Assembly (NCBI GenBank): GCA_951406725.2
Contig: OX597835.1
Span: forward strand, 32,240,001 to 32,304,000
Length of the DNA stretch: 64,000 bases
Direction: 5' to 3'
Source: Octopus vulgaris
Lineage: Eukaryota
The first letter of the stretch is position 1. Every line of letters starts with the position of its first letter. A model generated the notes under the pieces. That model saw nothing but the letters and a program-made list of their open reading frames with translations, ran no database searches and was not told the DNA's origin. Position numbers and translations under genes: made by a program. Of the stretch, positions 44,942-59,160 are shown piece by piece.

Positions 44942-45100
44942 TGAGTGGCTGTGTGGTAAGTAGCTTGCTAACCAACCACATGGTTCCGGGTTCAGTCCCA
45001 CTGCGTGGCACCTTGGGCAAGTGTCTTCTGCTATAGCCCCGGGCCGACCAATGCCTTGTGAGTGGATTTGGTAGACAGAAACTAAAAGAAGCCTGTCGTA

Positions 45101-45177
<77 letters not shown>

Positions 45178-45375
45178 TTGTGTTTGTGTGTTTGACAACC
45201 GATGCTGGTGTGTTTACGTCCCCGTCACTTAGCGGTTCGGCAAAAGAGACCGATAGAATAAGTACTGGGCTTACAAAAAGAATAAGTCCCGGGGTTGAGT
45301 TGCTCGACTAAAGGTGGTGCTCCAGCATGGCCGCATTCAAATGACTGAAACAAGTAAAAGAGCAAAAGAGTAAAG
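44942..45375 (+). mobile_element. Full-length SINE family A
   Basis: Head, internal (TA)n(TG)n and AAAAGAG-type tail. Further copies at 56411-56730 (+) and 60343-60725 (-); diverged copies at about 47722 and 48625. Confidence 0.9.
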
Positions 45376-45460
45376 AGAGACAATATCTTTGTACGTTTAG
45401 ACTGCTGTCTTTCAACAGAAGAATAACGTAAATCTAGTAATACCTGGATTTATTTATACC

Positions 45461-45692
45461 TATTTCTTTACTACCCACAAGGGGCTAAACACAGAGGGGA
45501 CAAACAGGGATAAGACAAACGGATTAAGTCGATTACATCGACCCCACTGCGTAACTGGTACTTAATTTATCGACCCCGAAAGGATGAAAGGCAAAGTCGA
45601 CCTCGGCGGAATTTGAACTCAGAACGTAACAGCAGACGAAATGCGGCTACGCATTCCGCCCGGCGTGCTAACGGTTCTGCCAGCTCGCCGCC
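45461..45692 (-). mobile_element. SINE family B monomer with an 11-bp TSD
   Basis: TTATTTATACC at 45450-45460 and 45693-45703. Confidence 0.9.
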
Positions 45693-46503
45693 TTATTTAT
45701 ACCAGTTGCAAATTATTCAGTGACATAACATGATATCTAAGAATTACTACTCCCCACAATGAGGGCACTTAATGAATATACTACAAAAAACTCACATGGT
45801 CCTTTTTTTCAGTTGCAGTCGGTTTCTTAGATATATCGCTTGTAAAAAAATTGTGCTCTCTCTCTCTCTATTTCCGTCAGTCTCTCTCTCTCTCTCTCTT
45901 TGTTTCTCTTTCTCTCTTTCCCACATTAATTTCTCTTCTGTCAAATTTTCTCTTAAAAGGTCTGTATCCGAAACCTTGAATTTTCATTCCCCACGGTAAA
46001 TTCACTGTGCTTTTTTTATCCTGTTAAATATTAATTCTTGACATAGAAAACGTATTAACATATTAAGTTTGACCCGGGGACTTTACGAATGACCGGGAGA
46101 TTTTACGTAGAGAGTAAGCCTACGAGGAACAACTCGGGCAAGGTTGTTTTTTTTATTTATGGAAGGCCTGCAGTCACTCATGAAAACCAGCCTCTCCTCT
46201 CCGTGCTACTGATGTTATCCAAGGGAAAGGCAAAGGCTGATGCAGCTTGGCACCAATGACGTCACAACTCATTTCTACAGCTGAGTGGACTGAGGCAACG
46301 CGAAAAAAGTGTATTGCTTAAGAAAACAACACACAACCTCGTCCAGGAGCCGAACTCACAATCTCATGATTGTGAACCCGATGCCCTCACCACTGAGCTA
46401 CGCGCCTTTTGCTGAAAGAACTATTCGCTGATCATGTGTTATTAAAATTCCAACTACGAAACAAAATTATTATGTGTACTAAAAGCCTGTTTTTAATGGT
46501 GTC

Positions 46504-46767
46504 ATTTAGGTAAATTGCTGGGGAGAGCTTAGGGACTCGTAACGAAGCCCGTTGTTTCCCATATGCTCTATTATTCACTGATTCATTTAACACGGTATTT
46601 TGCGGGATTTCCTTTGGAACCAAACACTTGGTTATTTAGGTAAATTGCTGGGGAGAGCTTCGGGACTCGGAACTAAGCCCGTTGTTTCCCATATGCTCGA
46701 TTATTCATTTATCACTGATTCATTTAACACGGTTTTTCGCGGGATATCATTTGGAACCAAACACTTG
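46504..46767. repeat. Tandem duplication of a unit of about 130 bp
   Basis: atttaggtaaattgctggggagagc...ttggaaccaaacacttg occurs at 46504-46629 and 46634-46767. Confidence 0.95.
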
Positions 46768-47014
46768 TGAAAAACGAGAAAGCATGTACCAGTAATTTAC
46801 TGCGTCCTCTCTAACGTACAGTTAGCCTATGGTCTCAATGGAAATGCGTAACCTTATGTCTTCATGTTCCAAATCTATATTATATAAATTTTACATACAA
46901 TTATATAACTGACATCGACAAAACACAAACAGCTATAGATATTCGATACTCGGATTACTCGGATATATAGTATGTCTCACAAAATAATGTATGTGTGCGT
47001 GCGCACATGTGTGC

Positions 47015-47134
<120 letters not shown>

Positions 47135-47267
47135 GAGATAGATAGATGTAGATATATATATATGTATGTATGAATATATATATGTATATATACATATACG
47201 TATGTGCATGTATATATAGATATATAAGCATATTCATAAACATATATACATATGTTAGTGTGTGCAG

Positions 47268-47311
<44 letters not shown>

Positions 47312-47376
47312 ACATATATATATATAAACATGTATATATATATATATATACATGTATATAAAGAGAGACCAAAGTG

Positions 47377-47415
<39 letters not shown>

Positions 47416-47591
47416 GCATAAATATGTGTGTGTGTGTATGTCTGATTGTTTTATCTATATCGCGTATCTTTATCATGTCACATCTAGAAGACTTCTTGCT
47501 GTTTTCTTTGTTATAAATGTCAATATCTTATTACTAATAATTTCGTCAGTTTTTTTATATATCTCATTTTTCCAATTCTTTGGAATTTCAG

Positions 47592-47673
47592 ATGCAAAGT
47601 AGTATGTTTCTTCCTTATGACTCTTGGGATTTGTTCAGCTTTACCTTACAATCTGTTGGTCATCACAGATACG
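47592..47673 (+). CDS. SLC29A: ENT/SLC29 coding exon 3, TM1 (CKVVCFFLMTLGICSALPYNLLVITDT)
   Basis: Acceptor tttcag|, donor ACG|gtaagt, phase 2 to 0. LGxxxxLP[W/Y]N is the ENT TM1 signature. Confidence 0.9.
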
Positions 47674-47890
47674 GTAAGTCGATGTTAATTTATAATTTTA
47701 ATTAAAATTATATTATATTCCCAGGTATGGCTGCTTGGTTAAGAAGCTCGCTTAGCAACATCGTGGTTTCGGGTTTAGTCCTACTTAACTGTATGCTATT
47801 TTGAGCAAGTGTCTTCTAATATAGACTCGGGTCGACCAATATCTTGCGAGTGGATTTGGTAAACAGAAACTGAGAGAAGACCGTTGTGTA

Positions 47891-47924
<34 letters not shown>

Positions 47925-47927
<3 letters not shown>

Positions 47928-48117
47928 GCCATGATAGATCGTTAGCGACTATGCACATTTTTTGTCTCTCCTTGTTTCTTTCTGTGTTCCTTTCTGTAGA
48001 AGAGCGTAGGCTCAAAACGTTAAAGACTTTTTCAATTCCAGAGCGTTATACTAATACATCTGTTTGTTTTCTACACCACATGTCTTCGTCTTTTGTTTTT
48101 TTCGTGAATTCTCCCCC

Positions 48118-48181
<64 letters not shown>

Positions 48182-48375
48182 TATATATATGTAGTTCGAC
48201 AAGAGGAGTGAGAGAAAAACAACCAGGTGAATTAGTTTGACGCTCGGGAAGAATAGAAAAATCTTTGACGTTTCGATCCTACGCTCTTCTGCAGAAAGAA
48301 TTGAGAGGGGAAAATTCGAAAGAGATCAAAATGTGTGAGGTTTAACGGTTCAGCATGACAAAATGGCCGATATGT
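47925..48375. mobile_element. Two Penelope-like short elements tail-to-tail around (CA)n
   Basis: + copy motif at 47990-48025 (CTGTAGA..AAAAC GTT); - copy motif at 48263-48298 (CTGCAGA..GAAAC GTC). Confidence 0.7.
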
Positions 48376-49140
48376 GTTTGCGCGCGCGTGCATGTCTGTA
48401 TTTGTGTGTGTGCGCGCGCGTGTGTGTGTCTGTATTTGTGTTTGTTTCCCACCACTGCTTGACTACCGGTGTTGGTGTGTTTGTGTCCCTGTAACTAGCG
48501 GATCACCAAAAGAGACCCTGGAGTCGATTTGTTCGACTAAAACCCTTGAAGGCGGAGCCCCAGCATGGCCGCAATGAAATGGCTGAAGCAAATAAAAGAT
48601 AAAAGATATCAGATTTACATTCATGGCAGTGTGGTTAAGCAGCTTGCTTTGCAACTACGTATTTTGAGGTTCAATCCTACTGCATGACATCTTCTGCAAG
48701 TGTCTTCTACTGTAGCCCTCGGCTGACCAATGCTTTTTGAATGAATTTGATGAACGGAAACTGTGCGGAAGCCTATCGTGTACGTGTATGTTTGTGTTTA
48801 TTTGTGCGCCTGTGTCTTTGTGACGGCCTGTACCCCCAGAACTGCTTAATTGGTTTTGGTAATGTTTAGTCCCCATAACTTAGGGGTTCAGCAAGAGAGA
48901 CCGATTGAGTAAGTACTAGGCTTTAAAAAAGATACTGGGTTCGATTCATTCAACTACAATTCTTCAAGATAATTCGCCAATATGGCCGCAACCTAATGAC
49001 TGAAACAATCAACAGCAAAAAGACAAAAGATACGCTAGGTTGGACGATCTTCCTGGAGTTCTCTTCTTGGTAACAAGTTTTGTTCATGCGATAACAAGCG
49101 GATTTGGTATCCCAATCTATCTTTCCATCATGCTTTGATA

Positions 49141-49503
49141 TCTCTCTATGTATAAACGGCGAAATGGCTGTGCGTGTGTCCTTTATACAAATCCACAATT
49201 TCTCAGTTAGAGGGCTCGCACTTTCTATGGTTATTCAAAACCGTACAAGGGTGGTCGTGCACATCTTTACATTTCTCCAGTCACCCCGCAAAGCCATTAA
49301 AATATCAATAGAAGTGACATTTTGTGAATTTTCTATCCAAAACCCAATCAAAATGCCCGAAACTTCATACGCCAATTGAATGCCAGCTAGCTGTATGTGA
49401 TTGGCCGGAGATTTGGACAGTACTCGCATGTATGTGTGCACACACGCAGCTCTATATGCATGCACTAGAAGTATGACCCGGCGTTGCCGGGTAATAGTGC
49501 TAG
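49141..49503 (+). mobile_element. Non-autonomous Helitron (different body)
   Basis: A|TCTCTCTATGTATAAACGGC start as at 14524, hairpin CCCGGCGTTGCCGGG, CTAG|T end. Confidence 0.85.
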
Positions 49504-50099
49504 TATATCTATAAGGTCGCTGTCTATTTTGAAAGAATCAGCATCTTGTAAGGGTAATCAAGTATGCCGTCTCTTCCCTACTGCTTCCTAACAGAGCAAC
49601 AGAGCAGTTTTCCCCATGGCTTTTGTGAGAGTTTCAACTTCGATTATAAGGGGTTTATTGTTGATATTTTGGATATATAAGTACGTATGCAACATATGTA
49701 ACATAAACACAATGACTCAGGTATAGTTGAGCGCATGTTCCCTCCAATTTATTGATATTTGACTAAATGACCGACCTTAGACAGACGAAATACAAATTTG
49801 CCCTCACAGAGATATAAATTAAAACTATAGACACTCGATTGATTTTGACCAATTCCCTATCAATTTTATCAAGCAGTAGAATTCTATCATAGACTTACAC
49901 ATCACGAGTACTGAGGGACGGGTGCAGTCGTTTACATCGACCCCAGTATTTCACTGGTACCAGATTTTATTATCAATTCAAGATTTAGAAAATTCTAAGC
50001 CCAGGAAGTAAATATAGTTAAATATACCAAAGCCCGTTGGTTATGGATGTTCTACGCATTCTTTCAAACTATTAATTATAGTTTACCGTTTTTTTGCAG

Positions 50100-50263
50100 T
50101 ATTTTGAGGACTTCCTGGATACCCATGTTAATGCAACCGCCTTCCAGATGATGGCCATTAAGACATTTCGACCTTATCTTTTAATCACATCAAAAATCCC
50201 TGTAGTATTCATAGTATGTTTTAACACATATTATACAAATGGCTGCTGTACAGGTTTAGGAAG
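50100..50263 (+). CDS. SLC29A: ENT/SLC29 coding exon 4 (YFEDFLDTHVNAT...YLLITSKIPVVFIVCFNTYYTNGCCTGLGR), loop 1 plus TM2
   Basis: Acceptor ttttttgcag|, donor AG|gtaagt, phase 0 to 2. YF after TM1, an NAT glycosylation sequon in loop 1, and the P...N pattern of TM2. Confidence 0.9.
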
Positions 50264-50279
50264 GTAAGTGAACAAAATA

Positions 50280-50366
<87 letters not shown>

Positions 50367-50604
50367 TTTTATTAGCATATTCTTGCAATTTTGTTTCCAT
50401 TTCTTACCGAGTATCTTCCTGACACCTAGGGCACAGAAACAATGTACATGATATCACTTCCAATCAGTTAAGATCAAAAGCCATGAGAGTCACTGCCTGG
50501 TGCTGCAAAAGGGCTAGCTGGCGATTGTGTATGTGGCGTGTGTGTGGAGTGCTCTATGTGTGTTCGTGTGTGTGTGATGGGGTGAGATTGAGAGAGAGAG
50601 AGAG

Positions 50605-50679
<75 letters not shown>

Positions 50680-50809
50680 ATTTGTGTGTGTGTTTGTGTA
50701 TGTACTTTGTCAATGTAGTGTAAAACGTTTGTTTTATTTGAGAAATAATTCTTTCATGAAATATTTGCGATTTTTTTTCATTATATTTTCCTCTTTCGTG
50801 TATCTGTAG

Positions 50810-50904
50810 AACAGTTTCTTTGAGGCGGTTGATTACCATGATAGTCCTTATGATAATTGCTTCACTTCTGCTGCTCGTTTTTTCCCTCGTCATTGTACAA
50901 GAAT
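50810..50904 (+). CDS. SLC29A: ENT/SLC29 coding exon 5, TM3 (TVSLRRLITMIVLMIIASLLLLVFSLVIVQE)
   Basis: Acceptor atctgtag|, donor T|gtaagt, phase 2 to 1. Hydrophobic helix. Confidence 0.88.
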
Positions 50905-51148
50905 GTAAGTATTAATCATTACCTCCTATGTTGTTTTCGTTGTATAAAAACCATGGAGATAATATTTTCTAATGTTTGCATTTAAACCTGTGATTCTCAA
51001 ATATCATTTTTACCTATGGGACATTTAATTACTAGTTTATTCTGGTGGACTCCAAAGCTATTCGATGTTTAAAAACTAATTTTGTAGATAGGACTTCAAA
51101 AATTCCTATTTTGTTTATCACATTCTCTTAAGTAGTTTGAACAATATA

Positions 51149-51692
51149 TTGGGTTGTCCGGAAAGTTCGTGCCGATTTATAGAAGCTTACCTTTCGACTT
51201 ATTTTAGAAACATGGTTGAGTCTATATATTAGGATTTGACTACACCTCCACTTAGAGCACAGTTTAAGCTGTCTTTTCGTGGAAGAAGGTTGATGTTCCT
51301 ATAACTTGTATTAATTCTGTAACCCTTTGAAATGGAAGATAAGAAAGTTCATTTTCGGAACTTGATGCTTTGGGAACCAGACAGAAAAACTACTGCAGCT
51401 CGGCTGGGATGTGTTACCTCACCCTTAATACCCACCAGATATTGCTCCCTCGGATTTCCACTTACTCAAGTCTCTGCAGAATAGTCTTAATGGTAAAAAT
51501 TTCAATTCCTTGGTTGACATAAAAAGATACCTTCATGAATTCTTTACCATGAAACCACCTCAATTCTGGGAAGAGGGTATTTTCAAGTTAAAGGAAAGAT
51601 GGAGACGCATTGTGCAACAAAATGGTTCATATTTGGTTGATTAAAAATGTAATGGCAAGTATTTATTGACCTTTTTCTTTCCTTTAAAAATC
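51149..51692 (+). mobile_element. Internally deleted mariner
   Basis: TA|TTGGGTTGTCCGGAAAGTT TIR. MEDKKVHFRNLMLWE at 51332 is joined to LGWDVLPHP*YPPDIAPSDFHLLKSLQN...WRRIVQQNGSYLVD* (stop at 51644). Confidence 0.9.
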
Positions 51693-52112
51693 TTTCTCAC
51701 AGTACATACATCTAAAGCAAACTTTTTTCATGGTCCCATAAAATACTACTGTGGACCCAATTTACGTTTTTGCTAGTGTAGACTACCAAAAATCTTACAT
51801 GGGCTCAAAGGGCTAAAGGCCACTGGTCTAAATGATATTAGAGAAATATATTAGAGGCGACCATTTCTAAACCAGTTGGTTTTTGACTGCATGAATCTTA
51901 GTTTACATTAGACATATATCCACCATCCCCAGGTAAAAATTTTAAACACGTATAAACAGGCCAGATAAAATCAAAATATGACCTATTTGCCAACTAACAT
52001 ACATGATATATATATGACTATGTGTGTGTATGTGTGTGTATTTGTGTATGTGTGTGTGAGAGCGTCTGTGTTTGAACATGTATTTTTTATTCTTTCTCTC
52101 CTTTTTTTTTAG

Positions 52113-52163
52113 GGATGTATATATTTGCATGGTTGTCTTTGGTATTTGTCATATTTTTAAACG
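52113..52163 (+). CDS. SLC29A: ENT/SLC29 coding exon 6, start of TM4 (WMYIFAWLSLVFVIFLN)
   Basis: Strong polypyrimidine acceptor ctttttttttag|, donor G|gtacgt, phase 1 to 1, 51 nt. Confidence 0.85.
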
Positions 52164-52426
52164 GTACGTATGCCATTTGAAATATCATGTCATGATTTTA
52201 GAGGTTTTTAATTCCTTATAAGGTTATTTTAATGCATAAATATATCATAATATATTATAATATATAATTAAAATATATCATTTCATTATATGAAAATATA
52301 TATGACAAGTAAATGGATTAAGAAAATATTGCATGATATTGAGACAATTATTATGGGATTTGTAATTTAAATGAAGGAAATTGCACTAATAGGAGTAGTG
52401 AAGTGAGTACTACTATTTCATGAGAG

Positions 52427-52488
<62 letters not shown>

Positions 52489-52519
52489 TGATGATGATGA
52501 GGATGAGGATGATGATGAT

Positions 52520-52930
52520 CGGTCTTGAAAGAGCAAGTTTTTGGTATAGGAGCACTCCGTCGGTTACAACGATGAGGGTACCAGCTGATACGATCAACGG
52601 AACAGCTTGCTCGTGGAATTAAAGTGCAAGTGGCTGAGCATTCCACAGACACGTGTACCCTTAACGTAGTTCTCGAGGAGATTCAGCGTGACACAGAATG
52701 TGACAAGGCTGGCCCTTTGAAATACAGGTACAACAGAAACAGGAAGAAAGAGTGAGAGAAAGTTGTGGTGAAAGAGTACAGCAGGGTTCACCACCACCCC
52801 CTGCAGGAGCCTTGTGAAGCTTTAGGTGTTTTCGCTCAATAAACACTCACAATGCCCGGTCTGGGAATCGAAACCGCGATCCTACGACCGCGAGTCCGCT
52901 GCCCTAACCACTGGGCCATTGCGTCTCCAC
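52520..52930 (-). mobile_element. SINE family C with a third tail type
   Basis: Head and body shared with other family C copies; the 52520-52735 tail is unique in this window and abuts (GAT)n. Confidence 0.85.
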
Positions 52931-53072
52931 AGTTTTTGGTATGTACACAAACCAGAAGGAGTCGTAGGCAGTTACCGTTACTATACTGAGGTTTTATGTG
53001 ACTTTATGATAGAGCGTGTCAATGAAACTGAACATCGCAAACTGGATATTATGGTGATTATCTCAGCCAACA

Positions 53073-53149
<77 letters not shown>

Positions 53150-53157
53150 CATTATTA

Positions 53158-53219
<62 letters not shown>

Positions 53220-53693
53220 GAGTGAGCGAGCAGAGCATGCCATCAAAGTGACACTGGGGTAAAAAATACGAAGCCCAGTATACTCATCATGACTATCCGT
53301 TTGATAAGGGTACACCAGGCACATGCATCACAACCATATGTGCGCGACATGGTGATCTCATATCAAGATAAACAGCACATGACCTTGCAGGTGGAGCCCA
53401 GTTAGAATTTTCTTCAGATCGAGTAACCCATCCCGCTCAAAAGGTCCCTGAATAAGGGTTGTTTAAGGACGTTGAACGAAACACCCATGTTTCCAGAGGT
53501 GAATTATTCAAACCCCAAAGAATCCTTCTCAACACATGGCTATGATGCTCCCCCACTACTTCTGCTCGTGATCAGAGATGCACATATCGTCAGCCACTAA
53601 GGGACATGCTCAACTGGTTAAGGTCAAACAACTGACAAGCAAATCTGTGGTATTGAGCAGAATATTTGCTGTAGCCCATCTTTTATAGCAAAT
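53220..53693 (-). mobile_element. Second copy of the (AAT)n-associated non-coding element
   Basis: Reverse complement of 3670-4114, embedded in (TTA)n. Confidence 0.85.
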
Positions 53694-53697
53694 ATTC

Positions 53698-53748
<51 letters not shown>

Positions 53749-54164
53749 GGCGGCGATCTGGCAGAATCGTTAGCACCCCGAGCGAGACGCTTAGCGGTAT
53801 TTCGTCTATCGCAACGTTCTGATTTCAAATTCCCCCGAGGCCTTTCATTCTTTCGGGATCGATTTAATAAGTAGCAGTTACGCATTGGGGTCGATGTAAT
53901 CAATTTAATCCCTTCCCCCAAATGTGAGGCCTTGTGATAGCAGAAGAAAGGATTATTAACAAGATGGTGAGCTAATAGAATCGTTAGCACGCCGGGCAAA
54001 ATGCTTAGCATTATTTCGCCCATCGCTACCTTCTGAGTTCAAATTCCGCTGAGGTCGACTTTGCCTGTTATCCTTTCGGGGTCGATTAATTAAATACTAG
54101 TGAGACACTGGGGTTGATGTATTCGACTCATCCCCTCCCCCCAAAATGCTGCCCTCGTGGCAAC

Positions 54165-54620
<456 letters not shown>

Positions 54621-54659
54621 ATTATTTATTATTTTAATTTTTATTTTATTATGATTCAG

Positions 54660-54745
54660 TTACTGGTGCTGTGTTCCAAAATAGTCTGTTCGGAATAGCT
54701 TTTACTCTTCCAAGAATATATTCTAATGCTGTGCTCATTGGGATG
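54660..54745 (+). CDS. SLC29A: ENT/SLC29 coding exon 7, TM4-TM5 (TGAVFQNSLFGIAFTLPRIYSNAVLIGM)
   Basis: Acceptor attcag|, donor ATG|gtaagt, phase 1 to 0. Closely matches the ENT motif GAILQGSLFGLAGLLPxxYTxxxxxG. Confidence 0.93.
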
Positions 54746-55117
54746 GTAAGTTACGCATATATATATATATGCATACATGTGCACATACATAAATACATAC
54801 ACACATACACATACTCATAAGGGCCGGTTTCATGGTTTCCTTGGCGTATAGGTTCCTCACCTGGACGGGACGCATGACCGTCGCAGGTGAGCTGCAAGTT
54901 GCAGGTGAGCTGCAAGATGCAGGTGAGCTGCAAGATGCAGGAGGAAAGAGTGAGAGAAAGTTGTAGCGAAAGAGTCAGCAGAAGCCATTACCTTCTGCCG
55001 GAGCCGCGTGGACTTTAGGTGTTTAGTTCATAAACACACACATCGCCCGGTCTGAGGTTTGAACCCGCGATCCCTCGACTTCGAGTTCGCTGCTCTAACC
55101 ACTAGGCCATGTGCCTC

Positions 55118-55155
<38 letters not shown>

Positions 55156-55716
55156 CCTTGTGAATTGTTTGGTAGACGGAAACTGAAAGAAGCCCGTCGT
55201 ATACATATATGTGTATGTACGTGTGTGTGTGTGTGTTCGTGTCTATGTTAGTCCCCCACTACAGCTTGACAACCGGTTTTGGCGTTTTGTTTACGTCCCC
55301 GGAACTTAACGGTTCAGCAAAAAGACACCGATAGATTGCGTACCAGGCTTAACAAAAAACAAAATCAATTCCTACAGGACTCGATTCGTTCGACTAAAAA
55401 TTCTTCAAGCATGGCCGCAGTCCATGAAATAAATAACAGATAAAAGGCATTGCACATACAAGGCAAAATCATCCCTAAGGCCGCGATATTCAACAAATAG
55501 AAATGGAATTAAAAATATTTTTTCCATGTGCGGCTCGGCATCAAATGGTCCTTGAACCGGTACTGGTCCATTAATTTATTTGTTGTATTTTCTCTTACTT
55601 TTATCTCTTTGTATTTCTATGTTATTCTTTGACAATGGAATGCTAAAAATAGCAAAATTATGTAGGCATAAAACAAAGCGAAACTAAAGATGATCTAGCA
55701 GTGCTATGGACTCTGC

Positions 55717-55833
55717 TCACCTGAAGACGTGCATGTATACAGTTATTATTGAATGATATTAATGCAATAATGGGTATGATATATATGCAACTGTCAACAA
55801 TTATCAACTAATGCGCCGAAACAATTGTAGTGA
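55717..55833 (+). ncRNA. Type I hammerhead-like motif with a long stem II insert
   Basis: TCAC CTGAAGA CGTGCAT...ATGCGCC GAAAC AATT GTA GTGA, followed by AATAAA at 55839. Confidence 0.7.
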
Positions 55834-55983
55834 TTTGTAATAAAGCCTGTTCATTCTATCATCTCGTATTAAAATTCATTTCTATAAATTTCATGAATAC
55901 TCGTGGATTTCCACATATGTATCCAATAAAAGGTGGGGGGTGTTTCGGTTATCCCCACGTTGTGAGTTGTAATACAAAATATA

Positions 55984-56381
55984 TCTTTATATATAAAAGA
56001 GAAGTTGTGTGTCTGTCTCCTACGATTTAGATTCCTAACTACTCCCACATTTTGCTGTGCAGTTTAATCAAAACCGGGGATCTTATAGTCGTGATTCATA
56101 TCGAGCCCTTCTGGGTATTAGCGCACGTCTACGATGAGTCTACGATTTTAAAAAAAAATTACCATCATTTTTTTCCATTTTAATGCATTTTTTCGCTATT
56201 ATATAAGGGAAGTAACTCTCTAAAAATGTCTACGATGAGTCAACGATTTTTAAAAAAAATTACCATCATTTTTTCCCCATTTTTAATGCATTTTTTTGCT
56301 ATTTTTTGGCTATAACTCTCTAAAAATGCTTATATAGTTATTTCCCTTACAAATCCGAGCAACGCCGGGCGATACTGCTAG
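55984..56381 (+). mobile_element. Non-autonomous Helitron
   Basis: A|TC...hairpin...CTAG|T; twin of 34888-35283. Confidence 0.9.
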
Positions 56382-56907
56382 TATTAAATAAAAGAATGTT
56401 AAATAAAATATGCGCAGGAGTGGCTGTGTGGTAAGTAGCTTGCTAACCAACCACATGGTTCCGGGTTCAATCCCACTGCGTGGCATCTTGGGCGAGTGTC
56501 TTCTGCTTTATGAGTGGATTTGGTAGACGGAAATTGAAAGAAGCCTGTCGTATATATGTATGTGTGTGTGTGTTTGTGTGTCTGGGTTTGTCCCCCTAGC
56601 ATTGCTTGACAACCGATGCTGGTGTGTTTACGTCCCCGTCACTTAGCGGTTCGGCAAAAGAGACCGATAGAATAAGTACTGGGCTTACAAAGAATAAGTC
56701 CCGGGGTCGAAACAAGTAAAAGAGTAAAAGTATATATTAAATGAAAGAATGAAAATGCACACACTTTACATAGTTGTAATATATATTTTCATATATTTTA
56801 TATTGTTTGTCGACCGGTTTCGCTTTCGATAATCATGGCATTGAAAAATATTGTTATTTCGTATAAAAAGATTTTAGTCCATGTTGTGTGTGTAGAAGTT
56901 TATGAAT

Positions 56908-56949
<42 letters not shown>

Positions 56950-56985
56950 GTGTGTGTCTATACATATATATACGTGTGTGTGTCT

Positions 56986-57025
<40 letters not shown>

Positions 57026-57041
57026 GTGTGTGTGTCTATAC

Positions 57042-57074
<33 letters not shown>

Positions 57075-57501
57075 TACAAGCTTATACCTACGTATATAAG
57101 CGTATGTATATGTGTGTGTGCAAAAACACTATATATACATATATGCATACATCTTTGCCTCTATAAACATGCATACACACACACAGCTTTACCTCTATAC
57201 ATTCAGTGAAGCTTTACCTAGCGTCGAACGATTATTAACTGCTATTTCCAGTAAAAAATTGGTACCTTATTGTGTGACTATTTCCTATATATTTCTATGT
57301 ATACATGTATGTATGTATGTATGTATGTATGTATGTATGTATGTATGTATGTATGTTTGTATGTATGTACGTATGTGTATCTATTTAGGTATGTATGTAC
57401 GTATATATATATATAAATAGATATCTATATATTTAAATATATATATATATATATATATACTTATATATATATATATGTACTTATATATATATACATGTAC
57501 T

Positions 57502-57574
<73 letters not shown>

Positions 57575-57607
57575 CATACGAAATATGCTTTGCAATATAT
57601 ATTACAG

Positions 57608-57656
57608 AGTACCTGTGGCTGTTTATGTTTCACCGTCAACACCATACTGCTGGCCT
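57608..57656 (+). CDS. SLC29A: ENT/SLC29 coding exon 8, end of TM5 ([16 protein letters not shown])
   Basis: Acceptor ttacag|, donor T|gtgagt, phase 0 to 1. Supplies the second Gly of the TM5 GxxxxG motif. Confidence 0.82.
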
Positions 57657-57961
57657 GTGAGTATACGTCTTAAGATCTTTTGTTAGTATTTTATCCTTTT
57701 ATTGCAGTTAGAAATATATTCATTGAGCCGGTAAATGATTTTCCATTGAACTCAGAACATCACTTACTACACAGAATTTTTGTTCGAATCAATTGTACAC
57801 AATAACTATACACAATAATATTTGATATGTGACAGAAACATTTGTACCTTTTCAACAGTTAAACAGTTTGCGTTGACGTTTTTATCTATCTTCTCCTCTA
57901 TTCATCTTTTTTATTTAGCGGCCTCTTTCAATCTCTGGTTACATTTATGTATTTTTCTTAT

Positions 57962-58163
<202 letters not shown>

Positions 58164-58166
58164 CAT

Positions 58167-58214
<48 letters not shown>

Positions 58215-58569
58215 TTCTATCTTGCGATTTATCCATCTATTTATGTATGTCTCTTTTTGTACATTATTTTCATAAATTTCCATATATTCAAATATGTTTG
58301 TCTTTTTGTAGATATGCCTTCAAACACACACACGCACGCACACACATGCACACACATGCACATATGTATGTGTGTTTATATATATATATATATATACATG
58401 TTTACACACATGCTTATACATACACACACACACAAACACAAACACACGCATATATATTTGTCTTATTTATCAATTTTATCAGTCAGTAAATGTATTTATA
58501 TGTGTGTGTATGTGCAAATATAAATATCTATCTACCAGTATGGATATTATTAGATATTAATGTCTCTCT

Positions 58570-58645
<76 letters not shown>

Positions 58646-59160
58646 TGATATATAATAATATCCATATTGTTAGCTAGATATTTATATTTGTACATACAAT
58701 TTACATACATTTATTGACTGATACAATAGATAGATAAGACAGGCAGACACTGTAAAACTAGGAACGTAGTCTAAAGCATAAGGTGTACAGAGGCACGGTG
58801 CAGAAACAACATAATGACGTACCCTGAAGAGACACCTCGTAGTATAAGTGATTGGATAAGTGATCACTGGCGGGGGCTCAAAGAAGACAAATGCTCGTCA
58901 GACCTCTACCAACATGCTCAGTTAGAACATAGAGATCTTGTGCTCAAACTAAAGCGACTGTAGCGTGGAAGATACGCTAGCTATTAAAAAAACACAGAAT
59001 CATCGTCTACTTCAGTTAAACATTTATTTGTTATACGGTATCAAAATATCCTGCTGAGTCTAATATAAAACAGGTATTAACGCTTATGGTGATGCCCCAG
59101 GATGGTACAACCTTTCACTGAAACCGATAATGCAGTAATACAATAATATATGTACGATGG

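Noticed and set aside
46504-46767. Direct repeats as a CRISPR array
   Set aside because: Two long adjacent units without unique spacers, no cas genes, eukaryotic context.
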